DNA of 64,000 nt from Methylococcaceae bacterium (GTDB lineage Bacteria; Pseudomonadota; Gammaproteobacteria; Methylococcales; Methylomonadaceae). Positions 10,245 through 21,907 of this stretch are shown here, piece by piece. Below the pieces are notes generated by a model, which saw only the letters and a program-made list of their open reading frames with translations, had not been told where the DNA came from and did not search any database. The position numbers were made by a program, and so were the translations under genes. Within the stretch, counting starts at the first letter, position 1. The number at the start of each line of letters is the position of its first letter. Location: NCBI GenBank assembly GCA_021647585.1, contig JAKIUK010000014.1, forward strand, positions 3,785 through 67,784. Direction: 5' to 3'.

Positions 10245-11108
10245 TCAAGCATTATTCAAATAATCCAGAACCAAGCCAATAAAAACAACCAGTCCAAAAT
10301 AATTGCTATTTAGGAATGCTTTAAAACATAAAGCCTTTTCTCTATTAAAAATTAATTTTTGCTGATAAACCGACAAACCAAATGCAACTACAACACTGGT
10401 ATAATAGATAGAACCCAACTGCTGCATTTGTCCAATAACGATCAATAAAAAAATGATAACAAGTTGTAATCCTGCCATTATTTCACGGTCTTTGTCGCCA
10501 AATAGAATAGCTGTAGATTTAACACCAATTTTTAAGTCGTCATCTTTATCAACCATGGCATACATGGTGTCATAAACTAGCGCCCATAACATAACAAGCA
10601 AATACATAACCCAGGCAACGGCAGGAATACTACCCGTTTGCGCACTAAATGACATGGGCACAGCAAAACCAAAAGCGATACCCAAATAAGCCTGTGGCAA
10701 ATGGGTATATCGCTTCATAAAAGGATAACTAGCTGCCAGAAACGCAGCAACAAACGACAGCAAAATAGTCATTAGATTAAGTTGCAGCACTAAAACAAAT
10801 GCTGTCAAACATAAGACCACAAACAAAAGAAGCGCTTCTTTTGGACTCACTTTACCTGCAGCAATAGGCCTTTGTTTGGTACGCTCAACATGCGGATCAA
10901 AATCACGATCGGCATAATCATTAATAACGCACCCAGCCGCACGCATTAATACCACACCGGCACAAATAATAAACAATACAAATGAATCTGGCTTTCCATC
11001 ACTGGCAACCCACAATGCCCAGAGAGCTGGCCATAATAAAATCAATATACCTATAGGTTTATCAAATCTAGCTAATAACCAATATTGCTTCATCCTGTCC
11101 ATAACCAT
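10245..11108 (-). CDS. ubiA: 4-hydroxybenzoate polyprenyltransferase
   Basis: [21 protein letters not shown] and NDYADRDFD motifs of UbiA; start ambiguous (GTG 11129, ATG 11108/11102/11093). Confidence 0.9.
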   Translation of the reverse strand: MVMDRMKQYWLLARFDKPIGILILLWPALWALWVASDGKPDSFVLFIICAGVVLMRAAGCVINDYADRDFDPHVERTKQRPIAAGKVSPKEALLLFVVLCLTAFVLVLQLNLMTILLSFVAAFLAASYPFMKRYTHLPQAYLGIAFGFAVPMSFSAQTGSIPAVAWVMYLLVMLWALVYDTMYAMVDKDDDLKIGVKSTAILFGDKDREIMAGLQLVIIFLLIVIGQMQQLGSIYYTSVVVAFGLSVYQQKLIFNREKALCFKAFLNSNYFGLVVFIGLVLDYLNNA

Positions 11109-11112
11109 TACA

Positions 11113-12543
11113 CTATCCAATGTCACCACCCTTTATTGATTTAATGATGGAGGTCGTCGAGTGACCTTCTATAAAGGACAATATTTTTACTTCACCGCCA
11201 TTGGCCAGTACACTCTCATGCCCTGCTATGGAGGCAATATCGGTGTAATCGCCACCTTTTACCAATATATCAGGTAATAACTGATCTATCTCTGCTTGTG
11301 GTGTATCGCCTGCAAAAGATACTACCCAATCCACACACTCCAGTGCAGCTAACATTTCCATTCTATATTGCAAGTCATTGACTGGACGCTTTGGACCCTT
11401 CAGTCTTTTAACTGATTCATCGCTATTAACTAATACTACCAGCCTGTCACCTAACTCTTTAGCTTGTTGTAAATACCGAATATGTCCTGGATGTAAAATA
11501 TCAAAACAACCATTAGTAAGCACAATTTTTTCGCCATCTTTACTCGCTAATGCCATTGCTTGCATCACATCTGTTAATGAACCGACACCTCGATGATGTG
11601 CCCTCTGCCCCTGCAAGGCATAGTTTAATTCTTCGGTATTAACTGTAGCAGTACCCAATTTTCCAACAACAATCCCCGCCCCCATATTTGCCAATACGGT
11701 CGCTTCTGATAATGATTTTTTTGCGGCTAAACTAGCTGCCAAAACTGAAATTACCGTATCTCCAGCCCCCGTCACATCAAATACTTCGCGCGCATGAGTT
11801 GGTAAATGCAATGGAGGCTCATTATTAGTTAATAATGTCATGCCTTGTTCGCCCTGAGTAATCAACAAAGCTTCAAAGTTCTTCTCCAGGAGTAAATTCA
11901 TTCCCTTTTCAACCAATTGCTGTTGATCTTTACAGGTTCCAACCACCGCTTCAAATTCCGTCAAATTTGGAGTTATTAATGTGGCCCCCTGATATATGCT
12001 GAAATCTGCTCCCTTAGGATCAATTAATACGGGTTTTTTTAAACTTTTAGCCAAAGCAATAAACTGTTCAACATGACTCAAGGTTCCCTTTCCATAGTCA
12101 GACAAGACGATGACATTGGCTTGCATCATTTCCGCATGGTATTGATGCAATAATTTGTCGTTATCCACTGCATGAAAACCATCCTCAAAATCCAGTCGTA
12201 TCAACTGCTGATGCCTACTCATGACTCTTAACTTAGTAATGGTTGAAAAGTCATCCAGAACTTCAAACAGACACAGCACCCCGGCTTTTTGTAAAAGCGT
12301 TTTTAATGATTCAGCGGGCTCATCCTTACCAACAAACCCCATTACCGAAACTTTTCCACCTAAAGCCGCAATATTTAATGCGACATTACCCGCCCCCCCA
12401 GCCCGTTGCTCATCATCTTTAACATGAACAACCGGTACCGGTGCTTCTGGAGAAATTCTGGAGGTTGTACCATACCAGTATCGATCTAGCATTAAATCGC
12501 CTATAACCAAAACACGGCCAGTTGAATAATTAGGTAATTGCAT
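11113..12543 (-). CDS. hldE: bifunctional D-beta-D-heptose 7-phosphate kinase / D-beta-D-heptose 1-phosphate adenylyltransferase
   Basis: N-terminal ribokinase-like and C-terminal cytidylyltransferase ([10 protein letters not shown]) domains; start placed at [19 protein letters not shown]-track upstream extension rejected. Confidence 0.93.
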   Translation of the reverse strand: MQLPNYSTGRVLVIGDLMLDRYWYGTTSRISPEAPVPVVHVKDDEQRAGGAGNVALNIAALGGKVSVMGFVGKDEPAESLKTLLQKAGVLCLFEVLDDFSTITKLRVMSRHQQLIRLDFEDGFHAVDNDKLLHQYHAEMMQANVIVLSDYGKGTLSHVEQFIALAKSLKKPVLIDPKGADFSIYQGATLITPNLTEFEAVVGTCKDQQQLVEKGMNLLLEKNFEALLITQGEQGMTLLTNNEPPLHLPTHAREVFDVTGAGDTVISVLAASLAAKKSLSEATVLANMGAGIVVGKLGTATVNTEELNYALQGQRAHHRGVGSLTDVMQAMALASKDGEKIVLTNGCFDILHPGHIRYLQQAKELGDRLVVLVNSDESVKRLKGPKRPVNDLQYRMEMLAALECVDWVVSFAGDTPQAEIDQLLPDILVKGGDYTDIASIAGHESVLANGGEVKILSFIEGHSTTSIIKSIKGGDIG

Positions 12544-12612
12544 AGCTTTAAAACGCAGTCCATAAAACAAAATGATATTATACCCTCTTCTTTTATCTAA
12601 GAGAGCGTATCC

Positions 12613-12960
12613 ATGAGTGTTAAAATTTATCATAATCCGCGTTGCAGTAAATCTAGGCAGACCTTACAACTATTACAAGAACAAGGCATAGAGCCGGAAA
12701 TTATTGAATATTTAAAAACACCTCCAACTGTAGCTGAACTTGAAGATATTCTACAAAAACTAGGTATGGACCCTCGTGATTTGATGCGTAAAAATGAGGC
12801 TGAATACAAAACAACAGGGATGGATAACAAAGAACTTAGCAATAAAGCGTTAATTGATGGCATGATCAACAGCCCAAAATTAATTGAACGCCCTATTGTA
12901 TTAGCAAATGATAAAGCAGCCATAGGCCGACCGCCTGAAAGTGTACTGGCCATTCTCTAA
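12613..12960 (+). CDS. arsC: arsenate reductase family protein (glutaredoxin-dependent ArsC type)
   Basis: 115 aa; IYHNPRCSKSR catalytic-Cys motif, LIERPIV, colinear with ArsC. Confidence 0.85.
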   Translation: MSVKIYHNPRCSKSRQTLQLLQEQGIEPEIIEYLKTPPTVAELEDILQKLGMDPRDLMRKNEAEYKTTGMDNKELSNKALIDGMINSPKLIERPIVLANDKAAIGRPPESVLAIL

Positions 12961-13922
<962 letters not shown>

Positions 13923-13924
13923 AC

Positions 13925-14635
13925 GTGCCAGTACAACTTGCAGTACAGTTTGAATTTCAAGCAAACCAGAATTTTAGTACCTTCTACCCAGGAGATAATA
14001 AAGAGACCATTAATCACCTACAACAAATCTGCAAAAGTAAAGAGCAACAACTTTTTATATGGGGGGCAGTTGGCACGGGCAAGACTCATTTATTACAAGC
14101 TACCAGCAAGGAAGCTAATAATAATGGCAAAAATTCTTTCTATTTTTCTCTGGCTTTAAAAACCTTACCTACTCCCTCAATGCTTGAAGGGCTGGAAAGC
14201 TTTGATCTTGTTTGCTTTGATAATATAGATGAAATTGCTGGTAATACCGAATGGGAACAAGCTTTTTTTAATTTTTATAATCTACATAGAGATGCAAATA
14301 ACACGCTTGTACTGTCAGCACACTGCCCCCCGAAATATACAGCCATTCAACTTCCCGACCTTAAAACCCGTATGAACTGGGGACTTACTCTTAAATTAAA
14401 ACCTTTAAATGATGAGCAACAACTCAATGCCCTCATCTATAAAGCCAATGACTTGGGCTTCGAAATACCGGTAAATGTGGGTCGATTTCTAATAACACAC
14501 TATGCCCGCGACTTACCTTCCATCTGGAAATTACTCGATAAAATAGAACAGGCAACATTAGTGGCAAAACGTAAGCTAACCATTCCATTTTTAAAACAAA
14601 TTATGGCAGACCATGAAAATAATGAGTCAAGATAA
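13925..14635 (+). CDS. hda: DnaA regulatory inactivator Hda
   Basis: GTG start gives PVQLAVQFEF...FSTFYPGDN, colinear with E. coli Hda N-terminus; Walker A GAVGTGKTHLL. Confidence 0.85.
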   Translation: MPVQLAVQFEFQANQNFSTFYPGDNKETINHLQQICKSKEQQLFIWGAVGTGKTHLLQATSKEANNNGKNSFYFSLALKTLPTPSMLEGLESFDLVCFDNIDEIAGNTEWEQAFFNFYNLHRDANNTLVLSAHCPPKYTAIQLPDLKTRMNWGLTLKLKPLNDEQQLNALIYKANDLGFEIPVNVGRFLITHYARDLPSIWKLLDKIEQATLVAKRKLTIPFLKQIMADHENNESR

Positions 14636-15560
14636 AATCCTTATTGTTGGTGCGGGTGCTATTGGAAGCTTCTACGGTGCGTTACTAGCTAAAGCGGGTG
14701 CAGACGTTTCTGTTGTATGCCGGTCTGATTTCAACACTGTCAAAAAACAAGGTTACTTCATCAATAGCAATACTCTTGGCAACTGGACATTTACCCCTAC
14801 ACAAATTATAAAAACTGCAGCAGAATATAGACATCAGGCTGACTATATTATCCTTTGTACCAAAATTACGGAGCAAACAGATCGAGTTCGGATGATACAA
14901 GATGCTGTTAATCCCAGTACATGCATAGTATTTATTCAGAATGGTGTAGAAATTGAACAAGAACTTCTTGATGCATTCCCAAACAACGAAATTATTAGTG
15001 GATTGGCATTTATTTGTTGTAACCGATTAAAACCAGGAGTAATTCACCATTTGGCTTATGGTAAATTAACGCTGGGTAGTCTAAATAAATTTGAACATTC
15101 CAGCAATAAAACGCAGCACTTAAGTAACTTAATCAATCTAGCCGGTATTGAATCTATCATTACTGAACAAATTATAAGCAGCCGCTGGTTAAAGTGTCTT
15201 TGGAACGCATCATTCAATCCTCTCTCAGTATTGTCTGACGGCCTTTCAACACAAGATATACTGAGCACCCAAGAAGCATTGGTGCGTACTATCATGCAGG
15301 AAGTCAGTACAATTGCACAAGCCTGTGGACATCCATTACCTGAAGACAGCATAGTTATTAATATAAAAAACACCTATGCCATGCCTCCATATAAAACCAG
15401 TATGCTTCTGGATTATGAAAACAATCAGGCGATGGAAACAGAAGCTATCCTGGGAAATACTGTCAGAGCAGCTAAAAGGGAAAAAGTCTTCACTCCTACA
15501 CTGAATACACTCTATGCGTTAATGAAACTAAAAGAGTTAAAAATAAAACAGGATAGTTAA
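14613..15560 (+). CDS. panE: 2-dehydropantoate 2-reductase (ApbA/PanE family)
   Basis: 315 aa; ILIVGAGAIGSFYG Rossmann motif, C-terminal KTSMLLDYE motif of ketopantoate reductases. Confidence 0.8.
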   Translation: MKIMSQDKILIVGAGAIGSFYGALLAKAGADVSVVCRSDFNTVKKQGYFINSNTLGNWTFTPTQIIKTAAEYRHQADYIILCTKITEQTDRVRMIQDAVNPSTCIVFIQNGVEIEQELLDAFPNNEIISGLAFICCNRLKPGVIHHLAYGKLTLGSLNKFEHSSNKTQHLSNLINLAGIESIITEQIISSRWLKCLWNASFNPLSVLSDGLSTQDILSTQEALVRTIMQEVSTIAQACGHPLPEDSIVINIKNTYAMPPYKTSMLLDYENNQAMETEAILGNTVRAAKREKVFTPTLNTLYALMKLKELKIKQDS

Positions 15561-15899
15561 CTTCCAATAGATTTTTTGTTAAAACCTAGTTATTTATAGC
15601 CCTATTAGATTCAATTAATCTGCACCTAAAAGCCTTTTCTTCAAAGTTTTAACAAAAATAAAATACTAGCACTCTGTTTTTTTTAAACTTTAGTGTAGAA
15701 TAGGAGGATTTTCGAAGTATAAATTTTATTATATCTTTGAATACCCAAACAAGTGCTTTTATTTATCGCCTTAAAAGCTGGTTAGATACAAATATTGAGA
15801 TGACCCGCCTAAAAGTATAAATACCCCTATTACTAAAGGATCACCCTTTATTAATAAGAGGATTTACAGTTTTTTTATTTTCATTTTTAGAGTACAAAC

Positions 15900-17984
15900 A
15901 TGACAGATCTATCTCTCTATAGAAACATCGGCATATTCGCCCACGTTGATGCTGGTAAAACCACAACAACCGAGCGCATTTTAAAACTTACAGGTAAAAT
16001 CCATAAGTTAGGCGAAGTACATGATGGCGCTGCTACAACAGACTTCATGGAACAAGAGCAGGAACGTGGAATCACTATTCAATCAGCTGCAACATCTTGC
16101 TTCTGGGATGATCATCGCTTCAACATTATTGACACACCAGGACACGTTGACTTTACCATTGAAGTATACCGTTCACTAAAAGTTCTAGATGGCGGCATTG
16201 GTGTATTTTGTGGTTCTGGCGGTGTTGAGCCACAGTCTGAAACTAACTGGCGATATGCGAACGACTCAGAAGTTGCGCGCATCATTCTAGTCAATAAACT
16301 AGATCGCTTAGGCGCTGATTTTTATCGTGTTGTCAAACAAGTTGAAGATGTTTTAGGTGCCAACCCTCTGGTCATGGTTTTACCTATCGGCGAAGAAGAT
16401 GAGTTCAGTGGCGTAGTCGACTTACTTACTCGCAAAGCGTGGGTATGGGACAACTCTGGGGACCCAACGAATTACGAAATACAAGACGTGCCTGCCGACA
16501 TGGTCGACAAAGTTGAAGAATGGCGTGAAAAACTCATTGAAACAGCCGTTGAGCAAGACGACGACGCGATGGAAAAATACCTGGATGGCGAAGAGCCAGA
16601 CATGGAAACAATCAAAGCGTGCATTCGTAAAGGAACAATCAACCTTGATTTCTTCCCTACTTACTGTGGTTCTGCTTTTAAAAACAAAGGTATTCAGCCT
16701 CTCCTTAACGCTGTTATTGACTATCTTCCTAGTCCAACTGAGGTTAAGCCACAACCGGAAGTTAATGAGGAAGGTGAAGAAACAGGCGAGTTTGCTATCG
16801 TTGATGCTGACAAACCTTTACGCGCATTAGCATTTAAAATTATGGACGACCGTTACGGCGCATTAACCTTTGTTCGTATTTACTCCGGTAAAATCGAAAA
16901 AGGCATGACCATAATGAACAGTTTCACAGGAAAGACTGAACGTATTGGTCGTTTAGTAGAAATGCACGCTGACGAACGTATCGAACTGGATTCTGCTCAA
17001 GCAGGTGATATTATTGCTGTTGTAGGAATGAAAAGTGTTAAAACAGGCCATACACTGTGCGACCCTAAACATCCAGCAACACTTGAGCCCATGGTCTTTC
17101 CAGACCCGGTAATCTCAATTGCTGTTGCACCTAAAGATAAAGCCGGCTCTGAAAAAATGGGTATTGCAATCGGCAAGATGATTGCAGAAGATCCTTCTTT
17201 CCGCGTTGAAACTGACGAGGATAGCGGTGAAACTATTTTAAAAGGAATGGGCGAATTACACCTGGATATTAAAATTGATATCTTAAAGCGTACTCACGGT
17301 GTTGATGTTGAAGTAGGTAAACCACAAGTGGCTTATCGCGAAACTATCACCAAAAGTATCGAAGATAGCTACACCCATAAAAAACAATCAGGTGGCTCCG
17401 GTCAATACGGTAAAATTGATTACATCATCGATCCTGGCGAACCAGGCTCTGGTTTCGTTTTTGAATCTAAAGTAACAGGCGGCAATGTACCAAGAGAATT
17501 CTGGCCTGCAGTAGAAAAAGGCTTTAAAAACAGCATAGACACTGGTGTTTTAGCAGGTTTTCCATGCCTAGACTTCAAAGTAACATTGCTTGACGGTGCA
17601 TACCACGCTGTGGATTCATCAGCCGTTGCATTTGAGATTGCAGCAAAAGCAGCCTATCGCCAGTCCATTCCTAAAGCTGGACCTCAGCTGATTGAACCAA
17701 TCATGCATGTTGACGTATTCACCCCTGAAGACCATGTTGGTGATGTCATTGGTGACCTTAATCGTCGTCGTGGCATGATCAAATCACAAGAAGCTGGTGT
17801 AACTGGCGTTCGCATTAAAGCCGACGTCGCTTTGAGCGAAATGTTTGGCTATATCGGTGATTTACGCACCATGACTTCAGGTCGCGGACAGTTCTCTATG
17901 GAATTCTCACATTACATGCCGTGCCCTAAAAACGTGGCAGAAGAAGTAATAAAAGAAGTACAAGAACGTAACAAAAAGAAATAA
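15900..17984 (+). CDS. fusA2: elongation factor G paralogue (EF-G 2 type), stand-alone
   Basis: 694 aa; [34 protein letters not shown] GTPase motifs; N-terminus resembles the second EF-G copy of Vibrio-like genomes rather than the str-operon copy. Confidence 0.93.
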   Translation: MTDLSLYRNIGIFAHVDAGKTTTTERILKLTGKIHKLGEVHDGAATTDFMEQEQERGITIQSAATSCFWDDHRFNIIDTPGHVDFTIEVYRSLKVLDGGIGVFCGSGGVEPQSETNWRYANDSEVARIILVNKLDRLGADFYRVVKQVEDVLGANPLVMVLPIGEEDEFSGVVDLLTRKAWVWDNSGDPTNYEIQDVPADMVDKVEEWREKLIETAVEQDDDAMEKYLDGEEPDMETIKACIRKGTINLDFFPTYCGSAFKNKGIQPLLNAVIDYLPSPTEVKPQPEVNEEGEETGEFAIVDADKPLRALAFKIMDDRYGALTFVRIYSGKIEKGMTIMNSFTGKTERIGRLVEMHADERIELDSAQAGDIIAVVGMKSVKTGHTLCDPKHPATLEPMVFPDPVISIAVAPKDKAGSEKMGIAIGKMIAEDPSFRVETDEDSGETILKGMGELHLDIKIDILKRTHGVDVEVGKPQVAYRETITKSIEDSYTHKKQSGGSGQYGKIDYIIDPGEPGSGFVFESKVTGGNVPREFWPAVEKGFKNSIDTGVLAGFPCLDFKVTLLDGAYHAVDSSAVAFEIAAKAAYRQSIPKAGPQLIEPIMHVDVFTPEDHVGDVIGDLNRRRGMIKSQEAGVTGVRIKADVALSEMFGYIGDLRTMTSGRGQFSMEFSHYMPCPKNVAEEVIKEVQERNKKK

Positions 17985-18003
17985 CTGCTAATTCATTACT
18001 TAG

Positions 18004-18037
18004 AAAAACCCACTTAAGCAATTGAGTGGGTTTTTTT
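18004..18037 (+). terminator. Rho-independent terminator of the EF-G paralogue
   Basis: AAAAACCCACT-taagcaattg-AGTGGGTTTTTTT, 20 nt after the stop codon. Confidence 0.75.
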
Positions 18038-18292
18038 GTACCCAGCAAATATTAACACCCCAAACAACATTGTTTTGACAAAGTTAAGAAGCTAAACAGT
18101 GGTCCTTTGCTTAGTCACGCTTGTTTTGTTAAGTACAAACGCATACTCTTTGTAGACAAGCCACTGCTCAACTCTATATCCACCATTGAAACAACGATGA
18201 TTAATAGACATAAAAAAACCACTACCCCCATTAACCTAGAAAAATCAGTTGGATCACAGATTTTAGCACAAGCTCTTGATTCCACAGCACCT

Positions 18293-18338
18293 CAAAAAAA
18301 AGCCCGCTTAACCTAATGGGTGAAGCTCAGATTTTTTT
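18293..18338. terminator. possible bidirectional terminator downstream of sodB
   Basis: Imperfect hairpin GCTTAACC/GGGTGAAGC flanked by an A8 run and a T7 run. Confidence 0.35.
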
Positions 18339-18436
18339 AAAATACTGTAAAACCAATATCTTGCACTATAATTCCGCGCCCAACTGATCTTTCTAGGATT
18401 AAGAGTGTAGCGATTAATAACGAGTACTTATAGAAA

Positions 18437-19018
18437 TTAAGCAGAAAAGTTTGCTGATGCAAAACCCCAGTTAACTAAAGCCCAAAAAGCTTCTAAATAC
18501 TTAGGCCTGGCATTTCGGTAATCTATATAATACGCATGCTCCCAAACATCACAAGTCAATAATGGTGTTTGACCTGCAGTTAATGGAGTAGCCGCATTAC
18601 TTGTACTGACCAATTCTATACTTCCATCAGCATTTTTAACCAGCCAAGCCCAACCAGAACCAAATGTGGTAACCGCACATTTTGTAAATTCAGCTTTAAA
18701 TTCATCAATTGAACCGAATTTAGCATTTATAGCATCTGCTAAAGCACCGGAAGGAGCACCCCCGCCATTAGGAGACAGACTATTCCAATAAAAAGTATGA
18801 TTCCAGATTTGTGCGGCATTGTTAAACATACCACCTTCAGAACGCGCTACGATAGACTCTAGAGAGGCATCCTCAAAGGAAGTACCTGAAATCAAATTAT
18901 TAAGGTTAGTTACGTAAGTCTGGTGATGTTTTCCATAGTGAAACTCAAGAGTTTCTTCAGATATATGAGGTGCTAACGCATCTTTAGCATAAGGCAAAGC
19001 TGGCAATTCAATAGCCAT
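18437..19018 (-). CDS. sodB: superoxide dismutase [Fe]
   Basis: 193 aa; [36 protein letters not shown] motifs. Confidence 0.95.
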   Translation of the reverse strand: MAIELPALPYAKDALAPHISEETLEFHYGKHHQTYVTNLNNLISGTSFEDASLESIVARSEGGMFNNAAQIWNHTFYWNSLSPNGGGAPSGALADAINAKFGSIDEFKAEFTKCAVTTFGSGWAWLVKNADGSIELVSTSNAATPLTAGQTPLLTCDVWEHAYYIDYRNARPKYLEAFWALVNWGFASANFSA

Positions 19019-19211
19019 TGTTATCTCCGTTTTGTGTGAAATTGTATAACGAAAAACTACCAGGAAATAAATACCTAGTAATTTGATACAGTATTATAAC
19101 TCTATCATTGCCTATTAATAAAATAAAGAAAAAGAGACCGGATATTATCGATATAATTTGCCTCTTAAACATGAAATATCCAAACAAACCTTTCAAATTA
19201 AAACTACAAAT

Positions 19212-19700
19212 ATGCCAATAGAAATAGAACATAAGTTTTTACTAAAAAATGATGACTGGCAAAAGAACATCAGCAAATCAATTCGATATAAACAAGGCTA
19301 CCTTGTCAGTGACAATAAAAAGTCAGTACGAATTCGTATCTCAGACAATAAAGCATGGCTAAATATTAAAAGCGCAACCATCGGCACATACAGACAAGAA
19401 TATGAATATGAAATACCTTTTAAAGAAGGAATAGAAATTTTAGATACATTATGCGAAAAACCAATTATTGAAAAAACACGTCACTTTGTTACATATAAAC
19501 AACAGCTATGGGAAATCGATGTTTTTGAAGGTGCTAATTTAGGCTTAATTGTAGCCGAAATTGAATTAACTAAAATTGGTGAAAAGTTTCACAAGCCTAT
19601 CTGGGCTGGTGCAGAAGTAACAGATGATTTAAGATATTACAACAACAGTTTGTGTAACAACCCCTTTAAGAACTGGGATCCTGCCAATAAGAAAAAATAA
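19212..19700 (+). CDS. CYTH-domain protein (triphosphate tunnel metalloenzyme; CyaB/ThTPase-like)
   Basis: Start at MPIEIEHKFLL gives the N-terminal ExExK CYTH signature; ORF-track upstream extension rejected. Confidence 0.8.
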   Translation: MPIEIEHKFLLKNDDWQKNISKSIRYKQGYLVSDNKKSVRIRISDNKAWLNIKSATIGTYRQEYEYEIPFKEGIEILDTLCEKPIIEKTRHFVTYKQQLWEIDVFEGANLGLIVAEIELTKIGEKFHKPIWAGAEVTDDLRYYNNSLCNNPFKNWDPANKKK

Positions 19701-19739
19701 TGATTGTAATTTTCCCAAAATTGCTTTATATTTTGTTGT

Positions 19740-20432
19740 ATGAAAAAGACAACCTTTGTTGCTTTTTTGCTACTACTACTTAGTAACCTAGCATCTGCAA
19801 CTAATATAACACCTGAAATAAACGACATTGAGTCTCAATGGGCACACATTTACTATGCTAAATCCATTACTGAGCAAAACAGCGGATACATAGAGCTTTT
19901 GGCACAAACGGAAAAACTAGCTAAAAAGCACCCACACTCTGTTGAATTAATGATCTGGAAAGCCATCATTATTTCAACAAACGCAGCATTCGAAACTCCG
20001 TTTACTGCATTGGAATCAATTGACAAAGCAAAAGCATTATTAGAGGTATCAATTAAAAAGGATCCAAATGCACTTGATGGCGCAGCTTTTGTGACGCTGG
20101 GAACACTTTACTACTTAACACCAGGCTGGCCTATTTCTTATGGCGACTTCAATATGGCTGAACAACTACTAAAAAAAGGGCTAACTATAAACCCCGATAG
20201 TATAGATGCAAATTATTTTTATGCTGATTATCTGCTTTCAAAAGACAAAATAACTGAAGCCTCGATGTATTTAAAATTAGCTATAAAAGCCCCCATTCGA
20301 ACAGAACAGTTATTTGCCGATACGCAATTAAAGAATGAAGCCTTAATTGCCTTGAAGAAAACAGAACAAAGAAAGCTAAATACAGGAAAGAACAAATTCT
20401 TATCTTTGTTTTATAGCGCAAACTCCAATTAG
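19740..20432 (+). CDS. secreted helical-repeat (TPR-like) protein
   Basis: 230 aa; signal peptide MKKTTFVAFLLLLLSNLASA; helical repeat-like composition; no specific family recognised. Confidence 0.6.
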   Translation: MKKTTFVAFLLLLLSNLASATNITPEINDIESQWAHIYYAKSITEQNSGYIELLAQTEKLAKKHPHSVELMIWKAIIISTNAAFETPFTALESIDKAKALLEVSIKKDPNALDGAAFVTLGTLYYLTPGWPISYGDFNMAEQLLKKGLTINPDSIDANYFYADYLLSKDKITEASMYLKLAIKAPIRTEQLFADTQLKNEALIALKKTEQRKLNTGKNKFLSLFYSANSN

Positions 20433-20563
20433 AAGTACACCCCACCAGTATCAGCATACCCTCATTAATTATAAGCAATCATAAACACAAAAATCCTCTT
20501 GTAAGACCTAACTTTCTGCTAATATAATCAGATTATTTTTAGACTAATAACTTGGAAAATACT

Positions 20564-20887
20564 ATGACTTTTGTCGTTACAGAAAACTGTATTAAGTGTA
20601 AATTTACCGATTGCGTTGATGTTTGCCCAGTGGATTGCTTCCATGAGGGCCCTAATTTTTTAGTAATTGACCCTGAAGAATGCATAGATTGCACTCTGTG
20701 CGAACCCGAGTGTCCTGCAGAAGCGATATTTGCTGAAGATGAACTTCCTGAGGGTCAGGAGCACTTTATCGCCCTTAATGCTGAATTAGCGGAAAATTGG
20801 CCTGTAATAAGCGAAGTTAAAGATGGCTTAGAAGATGCTGATGAATGGAATGGAAAACCCAACAAAATTGAACTCCTGGAGAAATAA
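20564..20887 (+). CDS. fdxA: 7Fe ferredoxin (Azotobacter FdxA type)
   Basis: [26 protein letters not shown] and [12 protein letters not shown] cluster motifs; 107 aa. Confidence 0.93.
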   Translation: MTFVVTENCIKCKFTDCVDVCPVDCFHEGPNFLVIDPEECIDCTLCEPECPAEAIFAEDELPEGQEHFIALNAELAENWPVISEVKDGLEDADEWNGKPNKIELLEK

Positions 20888-20910
20888 CTTACAACATCAT
20901 TCCAACACAC

Positions 20911-20947
20911 TGCCTCAGTCAACCTGAAACTCACATGCACTGAGGCA
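20911..20947 (+). terminator. stem-loop downstream of fdxA (possible terminator, weak U-tract)
   Basis: TGCCTCAGT ... ACTGAGGCA, 9-bp stem with 19-nt loop, 24 nt after the fdxA stop. Confidence 0.35.
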
Positions 20948-21569
20948 TTCCTCCCTAGCCCTACTACAATCTAAACACCAAGCCAACTATCTATATCTAC
21001 GGCCCCAGCATAGACTCACACAACTCATTACAGAATTAACAACAGACTCAAATTGCTTCAATTTATATATTTTCTTTGACTTACATATATAAAAAAGGAG
21101 AAGCGGCTCTGTTCTTTATTACAGCTGAATACGCTTTATCCTAGAAAAATCAGTGTACCGCTAAAAACTTACCAAATCAATTGAATGATATGGGTAGTCA
21201 AGATTACTGCGACCCACCCGTGTGGTGAGAGTAAGCCGCCCCATGATTTTATGAATAAATATGGACGAAAAATACTGCAGACTCATTCTTGATATGGACT
21301 ATGGCCATTAACCTATATGGAAGTAAGTAAGGGGCGTATGCAAGATGTGGAAGCTTTATCTGCAAGTGATTATTTGTCTTTGAAATACATGTATGTATTG
21401 AATGCAGAAGCATTTTACTGCCTCGCCCAGATTTTCCACAAACTTCATGTCCAACCGATTTTTCTAGGTTTATAAGTAAAATACATACTCCATTAACAAA
21501 TACAATTGTGTATTATTAAAACAGTTGTCACAGACCTATTTTCTGTTAAGCTCAACTTTACACAAAACC

Positions 21570-21732
21570 AGGAGGCTGTGACCGAGAATAGAAATCGTAG
21601 CAAAGGAAATCCATTGTGAATCAGTTTGTTTGATCATTTGAGTTAAATAGTTTAGGCGTGAAACGAAAATGAACAGAATAATAGCCAAAAGAGATTTTTC
21701 TGTAGCAGGTTTACTATTCTCGGAAGCCTCCT
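21570..21732. repeat. long-range inverted repeat (8 + 9 bp interrupted helix) enclosing about 120 nt; function unknown
   Basis: AGGAGGCT(21570-77)/AGCCTCCT(21725-32) and CGAGAATAG(21583-91)/CTATTCTCG(21714-22). Confidence 0.5.
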
Positions 21733-21880
21733 AGTACTTCACTCGTGCGCCAGCAGCTAACCACTTCTAAACCCCCTATACCCATCAATATAACAATGAC
21801 AGAGTACTAGTGAAAAACTTATTTTTTTGCTTATGGAGAAAGCAATTTTATTTTAGGAAAACACAGATACTACAGAGACA

Positions 21881-21907
21881 AAAAAACCGGTAAAAACCGG
21901 TTTTTTT
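21881..21907 (-). terminator. Rho-independent terminator of the alpha operon (after rplQ), bidirectional shape
   Basis: AAAAAAACCGGT-aaaa-ACCGGTTTTTTT, 17 nt downstream of the rplQ stop. Confidence 0.8.

Noticed and set aside
12544-12633. N-terminal extensions proposed by the ORF track for hldE, and likewise rpsM to 24831, rplF to 28368, L25 to 53613, CYTH from 19158, hda from 13874 and fdxA from 20552
   Set aside because: Homologue N-termini and RBS positions support the internal start codons; the extensions are simply open upstream frames.
18107-18316. 69-aa ORF (or internal 39-aa MINRHKK... ORF) between the EF-G2 terminator and sodB
   Set aside because: There is no Shine-Dalgarno at either start, the start is non-ATG, the composition is unremarkable and no homology is recognised. 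The region may instead hold only the sodB terminator.
19008-20478. Short AT-rich ORFs at 19008-19232 (-), 19637-19828 (-) and 20281-20478 (-)
   Set aside because: They overlap the CYTH and TPR-like genes or the sodB promoter region. Their Phe/Ile/Leu-rich translations are typical of AT-rich non-coding frames.
21570-21732. Considered 6S RNA or a retron msr/msd for the long-range inverted repeat
   Set aside because: The roughly 120-nt interior does not pair into the extended rod with a central bubble expected of 6S RNA. No reverse transcriptase gene is adjacent, as a retron would require; the only RT-like sequence is 42 kb away and is of group II intron type.
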